A stretch of DNA of 40,932 nucleotides. Source: Clostridia bacterium. GTDB lineage: Bacteria; Bacillota; Clostridia; Caldicoprobacterales; UBA3941. Below, one piece after another: positions 1-8,912 of this stretch (positions are counted from its first letter, which is position 1; every line of letters begins with the position of its first letter). The translations under genes and the position numbers were made by a program. The notes beneath the pieces were generated by a model. The model was not told the origin of the DNA, searched no databases, and was given only the letters and a program-made list of their open reading frames with translations. The stretch lies in contig DASRNX010000052.1 of the NCBI GenBank assembly GCA_035647175.1, positions 1-40,932 of the forward strand, given 5' to 3'.

Positions 1-101
1 CATCATAATAACATGAAATGGATATTTTGTAAATTTTACAGTTTCATGGCTTTAGTCCGGATCCCACGCCATTATTTAATCCGGGGGATCCTCGGCTATG
101 C

Positions 102-875
102 CTAACGACTCTGATTTCTTTCGTATATTATCTTAAGGCCCCTTAGTGTCAGGTTTTCATCGATTTCATCTACTGTTTCTGAATCCCGGGCTATTAAGGT
201 AGCTAATCCCCCGGTAGCTATAACCTTTACGTTCGGGGCATTTAATTCTCTTTTCATACGACGGACTATATAATCGACCTGCCCGATGTAACCATAGACA
301 ATGCCTGCCTGCATACTCTCAACTGTGTTCTTGCCTATTATATTGGTTGGCTTAATCAGTTCGATTCTAGGCAGCTTTGCTGCATATTGAAATAAAGCCT
401 CAGTGGATATCTTAATTCCCGTAGAAATGCATCCTCCAAGATACTCCCCCTGGGCTGAAACTGCACAAAATGTAGTCGCTGTGCCAAAGTCAATAATCAC
501 CAAGGGGCTCCTGTAGGTTTCATAAGCTGCAATGGCATTGACTATCCTATCTGCGCCCACCTCTTTAGGGTCATCAATTCGAATATTCATTCCGGTTTTA
601 ATTCCCGGTCCTATTACCAGAGGTTCAATATCAAAATACTTTTTGCACATCAATTCCAAAGCATCCATTAAGGTAGGGACCACCGAAGATATGATAATCC
701 CGCTTATATCATCCTCAGATATCCTGCTATATCTAAACAGGTCCAGCACGAGAATACCTAATTCGTCGCCTGTCTTATCCCTATCCGTCGTCAGTCTCCA
801 ACTTGTTACCAAATCCTGCCCATCATACACCCCCAGGACTACGTTGGTATTGCCTATATCGATTACTAAGATCAT
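102..875 (-). CDS. coaX: Type III pantothenate kinase
   Basis: 257-aa ORF. The N-terminus [19 protein letters not shown] and the later [10 protein letters not shown] and IATGGLA are the ASKHA-fold motifs typical of CoaX-type pantothenate kinases. Confidence 0.9.
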   Translation of the reverse strand: MILVIDIGNTNVVLGVYDGQDLVTSWRLTTDRDKTGDELGILVLDLFRYSRISEDDISGIIISSVVPTLMDALELMCKKYFDIEPLVIGPGIKTGMNIRIDDPKEVGADRIVNAIAAYETYRSPLVIIDFGTATTFCAVSAQGEYLGGCISTGIKISTEALFQYAAKLPRIELIKPTNIIGKNTVESMQAGIVYGYIGQVDYIVRRMKRELNAPNVKVIATGGLATLIARDSETVDEIDENLTLRGLKIIYERNQSR

Positions 876-906
876 GGCCTATAGATTTCCCTCCCTGCAT
901 AAGTAT

Positions 907-928
907 GGGCAGGGAAACCTCCCTGCCC
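907..928 (-). terminator. GC-rich stem-loop between the ECF S-component gene and coaX (possible terminator/attenuator)
   Basis: The minus-strand RNA reads GGGCAGGGA-GGUU-UCCCUGCCC, a 9-bp perfect stem with a tetraloop, 20 nt after the stop at 949. The trailing AUACUUAU is only moderately U-rich. Confidence 0.4.
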
Positions 929-948
929 GCAGCAGCTTATCAAATCGC

Positions 949-1551
949 TTAAAAATCGCCCTTATAAAACTTTCTCAATGCCTGAACTATTGGTGTTATA
1001 ATCAGCACGGCAGCGATTGCTTCTGGAACCCCGTTGGGTATCGCAATGCCGTATATCACAGCTTTACCTACCATCGATTGTTCAACATTCAACATCTTCG
1101 CAAAAACGTCCTTGTATAATAGGTAGGCTATGCCCAGTACCCCAATGGTGTTTGTTAAAGTTCCAACGGCAGAGGCTACCATAGTACTTAGGGCTATTCC
1201 CCTTTGACCTTTTCCCCTCAAAAGGTTTTTTATGCCCTTAAAGGAATAATAGCTGGTTAATGCGATAGCTAGCCTAGGCAGTATTGAAACCAGGGGGTTC
1301 ATAAATGCTACCGACAAGACGCTCGGCTGGGTAAAGGCCCTATACATACTGAATCCGCCAAAAATTAAGCCTATAAACAGCCCTACTACAGGGCCCTCGA
1401 CTATGGCACCTATGATGGTGGGAATGTGCATAATAGTGACTTGCACCGGCAGAAAGGGAAGCTGAATTATCCCAACCCCGCCAAATTCCAGCATTATAGA
1501 TATGCCACCTAACATTCCAATAACTGCTAATTTACGTGTCGTGATTTTCAA
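949..1551 (-). CDS. ECF-transporter substrate-capture (S) component; substrate unknown (pantothenate is a guess from coaX adjacency only)
   Basis: 200-aa ORF with a TTG start 8 nt after GGAGG. It has about 6 hydrophobic segments. The segment IMHIPTIIGAIVEGPVVGLFIGLIFGGFSMY resembles ECF S-components. No ecfA/ecfT genes lie next to it. Confidence 0.65.
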   Translation of the reverse strand: MKITTRKLAVIGMLGGISIMLEFGGVGIIQLPFLPVQVTIMHIPTIIGAIVEGPVVGLFIGLIFGGFSMYRAFTQPSVLSVAFMNPLVSILPRLAIALTSYYSFKGIKNLLRGKGQRGIALSTMVASAVGTLTNTIGVLGIAYLLYKDVFAKMLNVEQSMVGKAVIYGIAIPNGVPEAIAAVLIITPIVQALRKFYKGDF

Positions 1552-1664
1552 TTGACATACCTCCGTTCAAGTTCCTAATGCGGATACCTGACAGCATCAA
1601 CGTATTAGATTTTAATTCTATAGTCCAACTCCTTCGGGATGTCAGCTATAGATTTATGGTAATT

Positions 1665-1693
1665 ATCATATCAAAACCGTGCCGGAAATTCAA
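1665..1693 (-). promoter_or_regulatory. Candidate sigma-A promoter for the ECF S-component gene
   Basis: On the minus strand: TTGAAT (1693-1688), 17-nt spacer, TATGAT (1670-1665). This leaves a ~105-nt leader before the TTG start. Confidence 0.45.
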
Positions 1694-1701
1694 GGGATTT
1701 T

Positions 1702-2988
1702 TTATAATTCCGGCTCCTCTTGCGGGTGCTCAAGGGGTTTTTTAAACCTATCCAAGATAAATATTAGAAATATACAGATCAAAAAGATTCCGCCCATCAT
1801 AACAAAGGGCAGTTCTTCGGACATAGAAGCTAGTATGCCCCCTATGTACCCAAAGGGCGCCGTTACAGCAAAAAGAATAACATGCAGGATGGACATTGTT
1901 TTTGCTCTCTCGTTGTCATTGATGGCATTAGCCAGCATGGATTCTACCAGGGGAAAGGATATGGCCGTCCCGAATGCCATAAATATAGTAGAAATAATTA
2001 ACACGGTATAGCTCCTATTGGGGGAAACAACCAGGAGTAGGTTGCTTATAATCAGAGATATAAAGGAGCCTAGGAGGGGTTTTTTTATGTTGGTTTTTCC
2101 CAATATGGGCATTACGAATAGCAGAACTAAAAGCATTATCCCCGATTGTATCATAGGGAAAAGGGCTATACTCCCTTGGCTGAACTCCAGCTTTTTAGTC
2201 AGTAGTATAGCAAAAAAGTTGGTCCTTATAACGGTGTGGATATTGGTAAAAATGGATAATAGGAATGCAATCATGGTATAGGGCGCAGCCAATAACTGCG
2301 AAGCAGCCCTTTTATAATCCTTAAGGCTATCAAAGAATCCCCCATTTTCGGACTCCTTCATCCTGATGAGCCCCTGGGCAGTCTCGTGGGCCAGAAAATG
2401 TCTAAGAATAAACATAAAGGTCATGGAGATGAAGGCAAAAAAATAAAGCCCTCTCACAGCGGGTACAAGCCGGTATTTGGACACAAAAAAACCGGCAACA
2501 GGTGCAACAAATCCAGATAATATCCCTGCCACCTGCATCCAGGTAAATACGTGGACCCTATCCTCCGATGATGTATCCTCTACAAACAGGCAGGTCCAGG
2601 AGGTATGCACTACCCTAACAGCACTGTTAATTATGGCAGCAGCGAGAAAATAATAGAAGTTCTGGGCTATGGCCCAAATAAAGGTAGGGACGCTCCAACT
2701 GATAAGATCAAATATCAGACTGGTACGCTTTCTGCCGAGTTTGTCCGTTATATGACCGCTAACCAAGGAGAAAAACATTTGAAACATCAGGCCCACAGAA
2801 GCAATAAGGCCTATTTCCTTCTCGGTACATCCCAATGCCGCCATATATACGGAAGCATAAGTAATAAATAGATTATAGGGTATACCCCATAGGGGTTCCG
2901 TCATAATGCAGACCCTAGCGTTTCCCTTAAAGCCCTTTAAAATGTTTCCGGTCTCCCGTAATTGACCCCTTAACTTTCCCTCAACCAT
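1702..2988 (-). CDS. MFS-family transporter
   Basis: Long hydrophobic ORF with about 12 predicted TM segments. The frame is open to 3003 (TTG), but the ATG at 2988 sits 8 nt after a GGGGG purine run, so it is preferred. No substrate can be inferred. Confidence 0.75.
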   Translation of the reverse strand: MVEGKLRGQLRETGNILKGFKGNARVCIMTEPLWGIPYNLFITYASVYMAALGCTEKEIGLIASVGLMFQMFFSLVSGHITDKLGRKRTSLIFDLISWSVPTFIWAIAQNFYYFLAAAIINSAVRVVHTSWTCLFVEDTSSEDRVHVFTWMQVAGILSGFVAPVAGFFVSKYRLVPAVRGLYFFAFISMTFMFILRHFLAHETAQGLIRMKESENGGFFDSLKDYKRAASQLLAAPYTMIAFLLSIFTNIHTVIRTNFFAILLTKKLEFSQGSIALFPMIQSGIMLLVLLFVMPILGKTNIKKPLLGSFISLIISNLLLVVSPNRSYTVLIISTIFMAFGTAISFPLVESMLANAINDNERAKTMSILHVILFAVTAPFGYIGGILASMSEELPFVMMGGIFLICIFLIFILDRFKKPLEHPQEEPEL

Positions 2989-3042
2989 ACATCCAACCCC
3001 CAAAATGTCATATAATCACCGATGCAAAATACACCGGTTACA

Positions 3043-3071
3043 ATTATAGCATAAAAGGCTTATGCTGGCGA
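3043..3071 (-). promoter_or_regulatory. Candidate promoter for the MFS gene, overlapping a 7-bp hairpin that could terminate the ABC operon
   Basis: On the minus strand: TCGCCA (3071-3066), 17 nt, TATAAT (3048-3043). The spacer contains AGCATAA-5 nt-TTATGCT (3048-3066). Confidence 0.3.
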
Positions 3072-3140
3072 TATGTAAACTTGGCCTTTGGAAATAATTC
3101 CGGAGCCATATTTGATGGCACCGGGATCGTAAAAGCTAGG

Positions 3141-4925
3141 CTATACCGCATTCAAAAACTTGTACTGGGCCTTGTATAGATTATAGTAGATCCCCTTTTG
3201 CTTAATCAGTTCGTCATGGTTTCCCGATTCTAATATGGTACCCTCATCCACGATCATAATGCGATCCGCATTTCTTATGGTGGATAGCCTATGGGCAATG
3301 ACAAAGGATGTTCTTCCCTTCAACAGCCGGGCTAACCCCTCCTGCACGAGGACCTCGGTCTGAGTATCGATGCTGGATGTGGCTTCGTCGAGAATCAGTA
3401 TCCTAGGATCTGCCAATAAAGCCCTGGCAAAAGAGATCAGTTGTTTTTGGCCTTGGGAGAGTCTAGATCCCCGCTCCTTTACTTCCGTGTGATAGCCCTT
3501 TTCCATTTCGGTGATGAAACCATGGGCATTTACGACCCGGGCAGCATCCATAACCTCCTCATCAGTGGCATCCAGCTTCCCGTATCTGATGTTATCCATA
3601 ATTGTGCCTGAGAAGATAAAGCTGTCCTGGAGCATCACGCCCATCTGTTTTCTAAGGGAATTTAAGGTGACACCCTTTATATCATGCCCATCTATAAGCA
3701 CTTTTCCGTCAATGGGATCGTAGAAACGGCTTATGAGGTTTACTATGGTGCTTTTCCCCGCCCCTGTGGGGCCTACCAAGGCTATAGTTTCGCCGGGCTT
3801 TACTGCAAAATCAACATCTTTTAGAACCGGTTTATCGGAATCATAATAAAATTCCAGATTATCAAATCTGACCTCGCCTTTAATTTCGGGAATGGGATAA
3901 GCGTCATCTTCATCCTTTATATCAGGCCCTATATCCAACAGCTCAAATATCCTTTCGGTAGAGGCCATAGCCATCAGGAGGGAGTTGTAGAAATTGGCCA
4001 GGTTGTTGATGGGCTGCCATATCCTCCAGACGTATCCTATGAATGCAACCAGTACTCCGACGGAGACGGTATTACTGTCTAATGAACCTATACCATATAT
4101 ATATACCAGAATTACACCCAATGCTCCAATCAATTCTATGCCCGGCCAAAAAAGGTTATTAAGCTTTATGGCACCCATCCAGGTGGTAAAAATATCCCCG
4201 CTCAATTCGTTGTATAATTGCCTGGTTTCAGGCTCCCTTACGAAGGCTTGTGTGACCCTCATCCCCGCTAGGTTTTCATGAAGATAGGCGTTCATATTGG
4301 AATTCTTTTTTCGGACTTCCTGCCATCTACGCCGGATCCGTCTTTTTAATACGCCTACCAGGATCATCAATAAGGGTACTGTGCTCAATGTAACCAAGGT
4401 CAATCTGAGGTTTATATAAGCCATAATGAATATGGCTATTATCAAGGTAAAAAAATCTGTCAATACATTGATTATCCCGTTTGTTAAAAGATCCCCCAGA
4501 GAATTTACATCGTTTATTATGCGCACGAGTATCTTTCCCGCAGGCCTCGTGTCATAAAAGGTAAAGGACAGACCCTGAATATGCTCAAAAAGATCCTGTC
4601 TTATTCTATATAGAACCCTCTGCCCCACAGAGGACATTATATAGACCCTTTGCTTCATACATACCATATTGATGAGGTTGCTCCCTAAAAATAACAGAGT
4701 GATCATGGTCAGTCCGTTGAAGTCCGCAACTTCAATATAATCATCAATGGCAATCTGCAAAAAGTACGGTCCCAATAATCCGCTTACAGCAGCAACTATC
4801 ATGAGTATAAGGGTGACAATTATCTGTTTGGTAAAGGGTTTCATATACCTTAGCAACCTTACAAACTGTTCCCTGTTAAACGGCTTTTCGAGTTTTTCAT
4901 CGTCGATTAATCTGTTCTTGATCAT
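3141..4925 (-). CDS. ABC exporter permease/ATPase fusion, subunit with catalytic glutamate and deviant signature
   Basis: 594 aa with an N-terminal 6-TM domain. Walker A is GPTGAGKST and Walker B is ILILDEATSSID (canonical E). The signature is LSQGQKQL, which deviates from LSGGQ. Confidence 0.85.
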   Translation of the reverse strand: MIKNRLIDDEKLEKPFNREQFVRLLRYMKPFTKQIIVTLILMIVAAVSGLLGPYFLQIAIDDYIEVADFNGLTMITLLFLGSNLINMVCMKQRVYIMSSVGQRVLYRIRQDLFEHIQGLSFTFYDTRPAGKILVRIINDVNSLGDLLTNGIINVLTDFFTLIIAIFIMAYINLRLTLVTLSTVPLLMILVGVLKRRIRRRWQEVRKKNSNMNAYLHENLAGMRVTQAFVREPETRQLYNELSGDIFTTWMGAIKLNNLFWPGIELIGALGVILVYIYGIGSLDSNTVSVGVLVAFIGYVWRIWQPINNLANFYNSLLMAMASTERIFELLDIGPDIKDEDDAYPIPEIKGEVRFDNLEFYYDSDKPVLKDVDFAVKPGETIALVGPTGAGKSTIVNLISRFYDPIDGKVLIDGHDIKGVTLNSLRKQMGVMLQDSFIFSGTIMDNIRYGKLDATDEEVMDAARVVNAHGFITEMEKGYHTEVKERGSRLSQGQKQLISFARALLADPRILILDEATSSIDTQTEVLVQEGLARLLKGRTSFVIAHRLSTIRNADRIMIVDEGTILESGNHDELIKQKGIYYNLYKAQYKFLNAV

Positions 4926-4926
4926 C

Positions 4927-6678
4927 CTATATCACCCGCCTATCCTCTTCAAAATCCTCGAAATCCTTATATTGCTGGGAATATATGTTGTAATATTCGC
5001 CCTTTTTGTTTAAGAGATGGTGATGCGCACCCCTTTCGATTATGCGACCCTCATCGAGTAATATGATTTCGTCAGCATCTTTTACGGAGGATATCCTATG
5101 GGCGACTATAAACGTGGTCCTTCCTTCCATAATGCCCTTGAGGGCTTGCTGGATCTTAAATTCAGTTTCCATATCCACAGCCGATGTGCAATCATCCATG
5201 ATAAGAATTTTAGGGTTCTTAATTACAGCCCTGGCAATAGCAATCCTTTGCTTTTGGCCCCCGGATAAACCGGTACCCCGCTCTCCGACGATTGTCTCAT
5301 AGCCTTGGGGCATCTCCATTATAAAGTCATGGGCATCCGCAATTTCGGCCGCTCTGATAACCTCGTCCCTTGTGGCATTTGGGTTTCCATACATGATGTT
5401 CTCTTCGATGGTAGCTGAAAAGAGGAAGACATCCTGCATGACTATGCCTATGTTCTCCCTGAGGATATTGAGGCTCCAATCCCTCACATCAACCCCATCC
5501 ACTAAAATCCTTCCACGGGAAACGTCATAAAAACGGTTTAAGGCGTTAATTATAGAAGTTTTACCGGCACCTGTGGTCCCCATAATAGCGACTGTCTTTC
5601 CCGCCGGCGCATCCAGGCTGATATCAAAGAGTGCCTGTTGATCCTTGTAATGAAAGGATATATCCTCGAATACAACATGGCCCCGGACCTTTTCAGGCTC
5701 ATATGGGTTATCCTTCTCGGTTATAATGGAGCCCGTATCAAGGATATCAAAGACCCTCTGTCCCGAGGTAACCGCCTGCTCCATAACGTTAATAACCCAG
5801 CCCAGCATTCTCATAGGCATTATGAGCATCCACAGATAGCTGTTAAAAGCCACCAAGGTACCTAGGGAAATAACCCCATTGGCTACCATCCGTCCGCCGT
5901 ACCATAATACGGCAACCGAACAGATCCCCGAGACAAAATCCATCACAGGAAAGTATTTGGCCCAGATATGGGCAGACTTGACGTTCTTATCAAGGTTGAG
6001 CCTGTTTTCTTTCTCAAACTTTTGGATCTCATGATCTTCTCTAGCAAAGGCCTTAACTACCCTGACGCCCGTTATATTCTCCTGGGTCGCAGTGTTTAAA
6101 ACCGCCTGCTGTTCTCTGATCTCACTAAAGACAGGACGAATGCGACTATCAAATCTCATGGCAAGCCATGCCACAAGAGGCGATACCGCCAGGCTCACCA
6201 AAGCCAGCCTAATATTCATGGAAAACAACACTATAGATGTTCCTATAAAATAAATGAGGTTTTCGAGAAGAATGGGTATTCCTCCGGCAATAAACGATCT
6301 TATCCCTTCCAGATCGCCTGTCATTCTTGACATAAGCTCACCTACACGATTATCATCGAAATAGGTAAATGATTGGCCTTGTATATGGGTAAACATTTCA
6401 TTTCTGAGGTCATATAAGCAGCTTTGGGACACACCCTCTAAAAAATAGCCCCGAAGATATTGCATTGATCCCCTAGCGGCTGCAACTACGAGAATAGCAA
6501 TTAAAAGTGTTGTGAATAGTTCGCGGTTCCCCCCACGGATGACCTCGTCAACCATAAGTTTATAGATGTATGGAGAAACCATGTCGAAAATAATGGATAA
6601 AATTAAAAGAGATATGGCGGTTATAATCTTTCCCCTATATCGGCCCAAATAGCCCAATATCCGTTTGATAATATGCAA
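4927..6678 (-). CDS. ABC exporter permease/ATPase fusion, subunit with degenerate Walker B
   Basis: 583 aa with a TTG start 8 nt after AGAGGGGG. Walker A is GTTGAGKTS, the signature is LSGGQKQR, and Walker B is ILIMDDCTSAVD (Asp replaces the catalytic Glu). Its stop is 1 nt from the start of the next gene. Confidence 0.85.
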   Translation of the reverse strand: MHIIKRILGYLGRYRGKIITAISLLILSIIFDMVSPYIYKLMVDEVIRGGNRELFTTLLIAILVVAAARGSMQYLRGYFLEGVSQSCLYDLRNEMFTHIQGQSFTYFDDNRVGELMSRMTGDLEGIRSFIAGGIPILLENLIYFIGTSIVLFSMNIRLALVSLAVSPLVAWLAMRFDSRIRPVFSEIREQQAVLNTATQENITGVRVVKAFAREDHEIQKFEKENRLNLDKNVKSAHIWAKYFPVMDFVSGICSVAVLWYGGRMVANGVISLGTLVAFNSYLWMLIMPMRMLGWVINVMEQAVTSGQRVFDILDTGSIITEKDNPYEPEKVRGHVVFEDISFHYKDQQALFDISLDAPAGKTVAIMGTTGAGKTSIINALNRFYDVSRGRILVDGVDVRDWSLNILRENIGIVMQDVFLFSATIEENIMYGNPNATRDEVIRAAEIADAHDFIMEMPQGYETIVGERGTGLSGGQKQRIAIARAVIKNPKILIMDDCTSAVDMETEFKIQQALKGIMEGRTTFIVAHRISSVKDADEIILLDEGRIIERGAHHHLLNKKGEYYNIYSQQYKDFEDFEEDRRVI

Positions 6679-6718
6679 AAAATAAACCCCCTCTTTGCCT
6701 TTTCCCGGATTCTACAAT

Positions 6719-6747
6719 ATATTAATTCACTTTTCTACATTGGTCAA
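6719..6747 (-). promoter_or_regulatory. Candidate sigma-A promoter of the ABC exporter operon
   Basis: On the minus strand: TTGACC (6747-6742), 17 nt, TAATAT (6724-6719), about 40 nt upstream of the TTG start. Confidence 0.4.
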
Positions 6748-6792
6748 CGAACAAAACCAGGTGTTATCTATTGTATTCACCCTTGTAATCCA

Positions 6793-6811
6793 CGGAAGGT
6801 AAACCCTTCCG
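6793..6811 (-). terminator. Weak stem-loop downstream of the S58 peptidase gene
   Basis: CGGAAGG-5 nt-CCTTCCG, a 7-bp stem with no U-tract, about 80 nt after the stop at 6891. Confidence 0.25.
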
Positions 6812-6890
6812 ATACACCTCCAAAGTTTAGCAAATTGGTGGGATTACCTATGTATTCCTGCCAAGGGATATAAAGAAGTATCTTTATCTG

Positions 6891-7817
6891 CTATATGGAG
6901 AATCGTATGGCATTGACAATGGCCCGAGCTGTCACCTCCACCGCGGCACAACTGATAGCGAGGATATCACCCGCTTTTTCACCTGTGGACAGCGCAAACA
7001 TCGTATCCCCGTCCACCATTGTATGTACCGGCCTTATGGTAAGGGCCAATCCGTTATGGGAGATTGAAGCTATTCTATTGGCCTGATCCTTTGACAGCTT
7101 TGCGTTGGTTGCTACAACACCAATGGTGGTATTGCCTGCAAATCCGGCGAGTTTATCGCCACCGGACAGCAGATAGTCCCATGTATTTACAAAATCACCG
7201 GTTTTCGGATCCCTGGCCCCGGCGATTATTTCGCCGTTTTTTAGATCAAAAATATCCCCAAAAGCGTTTACGGCGACAATGGCCCCAACCACCACGCCTC
7301 CGGGCAAAGTAATGCTGGAGGTTCCGATACCGCCCTTCATGGCGGAAGCCATCCCCAATACCTTCCCGACCGTAGCGCCGGTCCCCGCACCGATGCTGCC
7401 TTGTTCTGGCAATTCTCCCGAAGCAACTTTACAGGCCTGATATCCCATATGGAAATCGGGTCTTATTTTAGAATCCCTGTAGGCAAGGTCATATAATACC
7501 GCACCTCCTACTATGGGAACCCGAGCCGCACCTGTATCGAGCCCTATGCCATGCTCTTCTAAATACTTCATTGCCCCGTCTGCTGCAGCCAGCCCGAAAG
7601 CGCTTCCCCCGGAGAGCATAATAGCATGAACCTCCTGAACTAAATTGCTGGGCCTAAAAAGGTCTGTTTCTCTGGTACCCGGGGCCGCTCCCCTCACATC
7701 GACGCCTGCAACAGCACCTTGCCTACACAGTATCGCTGTGCATCCCGTCCCGGCGTCTATATCCTGCGCATGTCCTACCTCTATTCCGCTGACATCCGTA
7801 ATAAAGCCGTTATACAT
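6891..7817 (-). CDS. P1/S58 (DmpA-type) aminopeptidase, Ntn-hydrolase family
   Basis: ITDVSGIEVGH near the N-terminus, GTGCTAILC, SGGSAFGL, and a self-processing-type motif FAGNTTIGVVATNA. The frame is open to 7844. The ATG at 7817 is preferred because GGGGGAGAG lies 6 nt upstream. Confidence 0.75.
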   Translation of the reverse strand: MYNGFITDVSGIEVGHAQDIDAGTGCTAILCRQGAVAGVDVRGAAPGTRETDLFRPSNLVQEVHAIMLSGGSAFGLAAADGAMKYLEEHGIGLDTGAARVPIVGGAVLYDLAYRDSKIRPDFHMGYQACKVASGELPEQGSIGAGTGATVGKVLGMASAMKGGIGTSSITLPGGVVVGAIVAVNAFGDIFDLKNGEIIAGARDPKTGDFVNTWDYLLSGGDKLAGFAGNTTIGVVATNAKLSKDQANRIASISHNGLALTIRPVHTMVDGDTMFALSTGEKAGDILAISCAAVEVTARAIVNAIRFSI

Positions 7818-8799
7818 ATCCATCTCTCCCCCTGACAGAAACATCGCCCGATATGACCTTTCGAACTCTGCCGTCTTGCATTTTCACCAATAAAGAACCG
7901 TCTGCATCGAAATCTATGGCATAGCCTTCAAATTCCCCATCCCTACCGATCACCGTTACGGACCTGTTTAGGGTTAGGGAATGCATTTTGCACTCCTTAA
8001 GAATGGCATCAAAATCCCCGTCCTCAATATATCGGCTGTAGGTATCCTCTATCTCCTTCATGGCCCGTGCTATTATTGACCTTCTGTCCATATTCTCGCC
8101 CATCCCCACGTTCAGTGATGTCGCAGTCTGAATGAGCTCCGCGGGAAGGTCGGATTTCCCTAGATTGACGTTGATTCCTATACCAACCGCTACATAATAG
8201 ATCCTGTCCATATCCCCGTGCATTTCCGTTAGAATACCGCATACCTTTTTCCCGTCCATAATTATATCGTTGGGCCACTTAATCCCGAAATCTAAACCGG
8301 TCAATTGATTTAAAGCCCTTCTTATAGCTACAGCTATAACGGTGGTAATCCCGGGGGCCTTTTCTGGCGGAATATCCGGCCTTAATATAAGGGACATCCA
8401 TACTCCCCTGCCCTTTGGGGATATCCAGTTTCTGCCCAAACGCCCCCTGCCTACCGTTTGGGTTTCCGCAATTATTAGTGTTCCCTCGGGCGCACCTGCA
8501 AGGGCCAGCTCCCTCGCCCTGTTGTTAGTGGAGTTTATTGTGTCATGCACCTCTATATTTCTACCCATGGTGCCGGTATCGATGGATTCTAAGAGGATAG
8601 TTTCATCCAGGATGTCGGGTATTTTCACCAGCCTATATCCCAATCTGGGTTTGGTATCTATTACAAAACCCTCATGCTGTAGGGTCTTTATATGCTTCCA
8701 TATGGCCGCCCTGGTGATCCCAAGGGAAGAACTTATTCTCTCCCCGGATATGAAACTGTCTTTGTTATCCAACAACGCCTTTAATACCTTGTTGCGCAT
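7810..8799 (-). CDS. birA: Bifunctional biotin-[acetyl-CoA-carboxylase] ligase / biotin operon repressor
   Basis: N-terminal wHTH (ISGERISSSLGITRAAIWKHIKTLQHEGF) plus the ligase motif GRGRLGRNW. The frame is open to 8850. The ATG at 8799 is preferred because it follows GGGAGAGGG and a TATAAT lies inside the upstream extension. Confidence 0.85.
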   Translation of the reverse strand: MRNKVLKALLDNKDSFISGERISSSLGITRAAIWKHIKTLQHEGFVIDTKPRLGYRLVKIPDILDETILLESIDTGTMGRNIEVHDTINSTNNRARELALAGAPEGTLIIAETQTVGRGRLGRNWISPKGRGVWMSLILRPDIPPEKAPGITTVIAVAIRRALNQLTGLDFGIKWPNDIIMDGKKVCGILTEMHGDMDRIYYVAVGIGINVNLGKSDLPAELIQTATSLNVGMGENMDRRSIIARAMKEIEDTYSRYIEDGDFDAILKECKMHSLTLNRSVTVIGRDGEFEGYAIDFDADGSLLVKMQDGRVRKVISGDVSVRGRDGYV

Positions 8800-8839
8800 A
8801 ATACCCTCTCCCTGATCTTTGGCTGTCCATTTCCCATCT

Positions 8840-8868
8840 ATTATATCCATTTCGGAATCTATTGTATA
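8840..8868 (-). promoter_or_regulatory. Candidate birA promoter
   Basis: On the minus strand: TATACA (8868-8863), 17 nt, TATAAT (8845-8840). Confidence 0.35.
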
Positions 8869-8876
8869 GGCATAAA

Positions 8877-8912
8877 GGAAAAACCCCGCACCTTATAGTG
8901 CGGGGTTTTTTT
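8877..8912 (-). terminator. Rho-independent terminator after sleB (sequence is bidirectional in form)
   Basis: CCCCGCAC (8884-8891), 6-nt loop, GTGCGGGG (8898-8905). An A-run lies on the left and a T-run on the right. The hairpin starts 5 nt after the sleB stop. Confidence 0.75.

Noticed and set aside
532-1119. 195-aa plus-strand ORF spanning coaX and the ECF S-component gene
   Set aside because: It is antisense to two confidently called genes and crosses their intergenic hairpin. This is a shadow ORF.
8342-8815. 157-aa plus-strand ORF inside birA
   Set aside because: It is antisense to birA, with no RBS and low-complexity shadow-frame composition.
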